The position numbers and the translations under genes are program-made. A stretch of 35,905 nt of DNA from Lentisphaerota bacterium (GTDB taxonomy: Bacteria > Verrucomicrobiota > Kiritimatiellia > RFP12 > JAAYLN01), in NCBI GenBank assembly GCA_012514915.1, contig JAAYZJ010000318.1, positions 1 to 35,905 of the forward strand, read 5' to 3'. Shown here piece after piece: positions 33,607 to 35,905 of the stretch (its first letter is position 1; each line of letters opens with the position of its first letter). The notes under the pieces were generated by a model, which saw only the letters and a list, made by a program, of their open reading frames with translations, was not told where the DNA came from and searched no databases.

Positions 33607-34805
33607 CGCCTGAAAAACCCCTGGATAAATTCCTTGAAGGGACGGATGATCCCCGTTTCCTGATAAGTCTTGAAGCCGTAGAGGACCAGGCCGGCGACGG
33701 TCGCGTAGGCGGCGGGATTCTCGACGGCATCGAGACCCGACACGTTGCAGGGCTCGCCGATCTGGCAGGGGACGCCGAAGATCGCACGCCCCAGTTCCGT
33801 CAGTCCGGGCATGGCCGCTCCCCCGCCGGTGAAGACCACGCCCGCGCCCAGCTTGGACAGCGCGCCGGCCTCCAGCAGGGCGCTCCGCACCAGGCGCAGG
33901 GTCTCCGCCAGGCGGGCGTTGATCACGACATGAAACGCCTTCAGGCTGATGCTGCGCTCCTGGAAACCCAGATCCTGCGGAATGGCCAGCCGCTTCAGTC
34001 CGGTCGCGGCGCCGACCAGCGCGTGGCCGTCCGACCGCTTGAGCTCCTCGGCGCGGGCCGTCGGCAGGTTGAAGGCCTGCGTAAGATCGTTGGTGACATG
34101 GTCGCCGCCCACTCCGAACGAGCCGGCGCAGGCGATCACGTTGTCGGCGTAGGCCAGGTAGCTGGTGGTGCCCCCGCCAAGGTCGATCACCACCACGCCC
34201 GCGCGCTTCTGCTCCGTCGTCAGCGTCGCCAGTGCGGCGCACAACCCGCTGAAGACGACATCATCGACATTGAGCTCGACCGACTGCACGACCTTGCGGA
34301 GGTTGTCGATGCGGTTGCGCAGGGCGTGGATCACCAGCATGTCGAGCGACAACTGCGCGCCATGCAGCCCCTCGGGCTTCATGATGCCCGTCTGGTCATC
34401 GAGCCCGAACGACTGGGTCACCGTGTGCATGATGTCGCGGTCGGACGGCAGGTTGACGGCCTGCGCGAGCTCGATGACCTCCTCGACATCCTCGTGCGAG
34501 ACGATCTGGTCGCGCGCGCGCACGGGAACCGATCCCCGGTTGACCTTCGACTCGATGTGCCCCCCGCTCGCGGCCAGCAGCAGCCGGCCGACATCGACCT
34601 CGCTCTCCTCGGAGGCCTGCTGCACGGCGCGCACGACACCGACCTTGGCAAGTTCGACATCGATGATTTGCCCCTTGCGGACGCCGGTTGTCTTGTACAC
34701 GCCGCGTCCGGTGATCGTCACGCGGCGCGCGTCGTCCATTTCGCCGACCAGCGCGATCGTCTGGGTCGTGCCGATTTCCAAAGCTGCAATGGGAGGTATG
34801 GCCAT
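33603..34805 (-). CDS. ftsA: Cell division protein FtsA
   Basis: 400 aa. Actin-like ATPase motifs (ALEIGTT, VVVIDLGGGTT, GGDHVTNDL, VFTGGGA). C-terminal amphipathic helix FKEFIQGFFRR. Confidence 0.9.
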   Translation of the reverse strand: MAIPPIAALEIGTTQTIALVGEMDDARRVTITGRGVYKTTGVRKGQIIDVELAKVGVVRAVQQASEESEVDVGRLLLAASGGHIESKVNRGSVPVRARDQIVSHEDVEEVIELAQAVNLPSDRDIMHTVTQSFGLDDQTGIMKPEGLHGAQLSLDMLVIHALRNRIDNLRKVVQSVELNVDDVVFSGLCAALATLTTEQKRAGVVVIDLGGGTTSYLAYADNVIACAGSFGVGGDHVTNDLTQAFNLPTARAEELKRSDGHALVGAATGLKRLAIPQDLGFQERSISLKAFHVVINARLAETLRLVRSALLEAGALSKLGAGVVFTGGGAAMPGLTELGRAIFGVPCQIGEPCNVSGLDAVENPAAYATVAGLVLYGFKTYQETGIIRPFKEFIQGFFRR

Positions 34806-34826
34806 AGCGTGTGCACGTCCTCTCGC

Positions 34827-35663
34827 TCAGCGCGCATAGGCGCGCCCTTGAATCGTTGCGTCCCAGCTTGCCCGGCCCTGGCCGCGCTCGGAGTTCATCG
34901 CGGTGGCGAGGCCCTTCAACTGGGCCAGCAGAAAGCGCTGGGAGCGCGCATCGTGCTCCCCGAGATGCTTCCAGGCGAGCTTGACCCGCCGCTGATCCGA
35001 CATCGTGCAGATCAGGTAATCCTCGCGAGAGACATCGACATCGACGATCGGCAGCGGCAGCGGGTTGTTCTTCAGCACCTCGAAGAGTTCCAGGGCGGCC
35101 AGCGCCAGCCCGTCGACCCGCGCCCCCGGCACGACGAGTCCGTCGCGGTAGCCCGAGATGCAGGGGAGGGATTCCATGCCGAGGTACCGGACAAAAATCG
35201 TGCCGTCCGCGTCGACGGCAAACGGACGCCGCGCCAACCGCCCCAGCGGTTCCCGCTCGATCACGCGCACCGTAATCCGGTCGGGGAGCCGGCGGGTGAT
35301 GGACAGCGACCGGATCGTGGCGGCGTCGCGCAGGAAATCCTGCTGTCGCCGGCCGATGTCGACCTCGAACAGCGGCATCCCCTCCTGCAGCTTGAGGTAC
35401 TCGCAGACCAGCTCGCGCGTGATCGTGTCGCCGGCCTGCACGTCGATGTGCCGCAGCACGAACTGCCCACTGTGCATCAGGTAGTAGTTCACCCCGCCGA
35501 CGACGCCGGCGAGCAGGAACACGGCCAGGGCCGTGGCGGCCAGTCCAAGCATCAGCCGCCGCTGGGCGTTGCTCCAGACGGCCCGGCCGGCGCTGCGCAC
35601 CCGCAGGCGCCGCAGCAGACCACCCGGTCGCCGGTTCGGTTTTCGGCCAGCCGCCTTCGCCAT
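34827..35663 (-). CDS. ftsQ: Cell division protein FtsQ (POTRA domain)
   Basis: 278 aa. Basic N-terminus, single TM (LMLGLAATALAVFLLAGVVGGV), a POTRA-like segment (LRHIDVQAGDTITRELVCEYL), and a position between ddl and ftsA. Confidence 0.8.
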   Translation of the reverse strand: MAKAAGRKPNRRPGGLLRRLRVRSAGRAVWSNAQRRLMLGLAATALAVFLLAGVVGGVNYYLMHSGQFVLRHIDVQAGDTITRELVCEYLKLQEGMPLFEVDIGRRQQDFLRDAATIRSLSITRRLPDRITVRVIEREPLGRLARRPFAVDADGTIFVRYLGMESLPCISGYRDGLVVPGARVDGLALAALELFEVLKNNPLPLPIVDVDVSREDYLICTMSDQRRVKLAWKHLGEHDARSQRFLLAQLKGLATAMNSERGQGRASWDATIQGRAYAR

Positions 35664-35669
35664 GGTCCG

Positions 35670-35905
35670 TCACGCCTCCCCGCCGGGCGCGTCGCAGGCC
35701 GCCCGCTCGATGATCCGCGCGCACAGGTCGCCAAAGCCCATGCCGGCCCGGGCCGCCGCCTTGGGCAGCAGGCTGGTCGCGGTGAACCCCGGGAGCGAGT
35801 TCAACTCCAGCACGAAGCATTCGCCCGAGTCCATCACCCGGAAATCGACGCGGCCCATGCCGCGGGCGCCCAACGCCTCGACGGTCGCGCGCGCCAGCGC
35901 CTGGC
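35670..35905 (-). CDS. ddl: D-alanine--D-alanine ligase, 3' end only (5' part lies outside the window)
   Basis: The frame is open to the window edge. ..GARGMGRVDFRV..GECFVLELNSLPGFTATSLLPKAAARAGMGFGDLCARII matches the Ddl C-terminus (E.N..PG.T..S..P). TGA stop at 35670-35672. Confidence 0.85.
   Translation of the reverse strand, partial: QALARATVEALGARGMGRVDFRVMDSGECFVLELNSLPGFTATSLLPKAAARAGMGFGDLCARIIERAACDAPGGEA

Noticed and set aside
34829-34846. The GC palindrome gcgcgc-atag-gcgcgc at the 3' end of ftsQ.
   Set aside because: It lies within coding sequence (..RAYAR stop). It is short and expected by chance in GC-rich DNA, and there is no supporting context.
32392-35820. ORFs 32392-33663 (+, 423 aa) and 34396-35820 (-, 474 aa), and the 212-codon upstream extension of the ftsZ ORF (to 34242).
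   Set aside because: These are shadow or alternate frames over ftsZ, ftsA and ftsQ. The ftsZ extension lies entirely within the ftsA coding region, and the ATG at 33606 gives a canonical FtsZ N-terminus coupled to the ftsA stop.
1-35905. I scanned for CRISPR arrays, IS elements, integrases, prophage genes, rRNA and tRNA.
   Set aside because: I saw no regularly spaced direct repeats, no transposase, integrase or phage-like ORFs, and no intergenic gap longer than about 220 bp. The unassigned gaps contain no tRNA- or rRNA-like sequence. The window looks like core chromosome.

Overview
This is a high-GC (about 70% by eye) bacterial chromosomal segment, densely packed with 29 CDS, two of them truncated by the window edges. 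I found no rRNA, tRNA, CRISPR array, transposase or integrase. High GC produces many long antisense or out-of-frame ORFs in the track, which I rejected.

Gene order:
- + strand: uxaC (5' partial).
- - strand: a lactonase.
- + strand: nrnA, a hypothetical gene, pdxJ, nnr and a HIBADH-like oxidoreductase.
- - strand, a long string: mutM, an orphan three-domain protein, a NagA-like amidohydrolase, a ceramidase-N-like amidase, an FGGY kinase, a flippase-like/PD40 fusion and a homocysteine methyltransferase-family gene.
- - strand: a guaA-like gene, divergent from a DUF4838 exported protein on +.
- + strand: FmdB zinc ribbon, a secreted hypothetical, argH, exbB/tolQ, exbD/tolR, a giant TPR protein, a membrane-anchored VWA protein and an lpxL-family acyltransferase.
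- - strand, convergent on that string: the end of a dcw cluster (ddl partial, ftsQ, ftsA, ftsZ) followed by dus.

The carbohydrate-active gene content, DUF4838 and a divergent FtsZ suggest a PVC-superphylum organism (Verrucomicrobiota, Kiritimatiellota or Lentisphaerota). That is a low-confidence guess.

The best candidate for an undescribed system is the translationally coupled exbB-exbD-TPR-VWA module at 24741-30254. The protein in the TonB/TolA operon slot has a TonB/TolA-type SxxxH membrane anchor and a Pro-rich spacer, but ends in a VWA domain with an intact MIDAS site instead of a TonB_C or TolA-III domain.

Secondary leads:
- a GuaA whose glutamine amidotransferase domain is a vestige lacking the catalytic triad;
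- an FtsZ with a non-canonical tubulin signature (GGGVGNG) and an altered T7 loop;
- a flippase-like (LPG_synthase_TM) / TolB-like beta-propeller fusion coupled to a homocysteine methyltransferase-family gene;
- a coupled NagA-like / ceramidase-like / FGGY-kinase cluster;
- several promoter-like hexamer pairs that would place transcription starts on or next to start codons.

All family calls come from motif recognition by eye. No searches were run.
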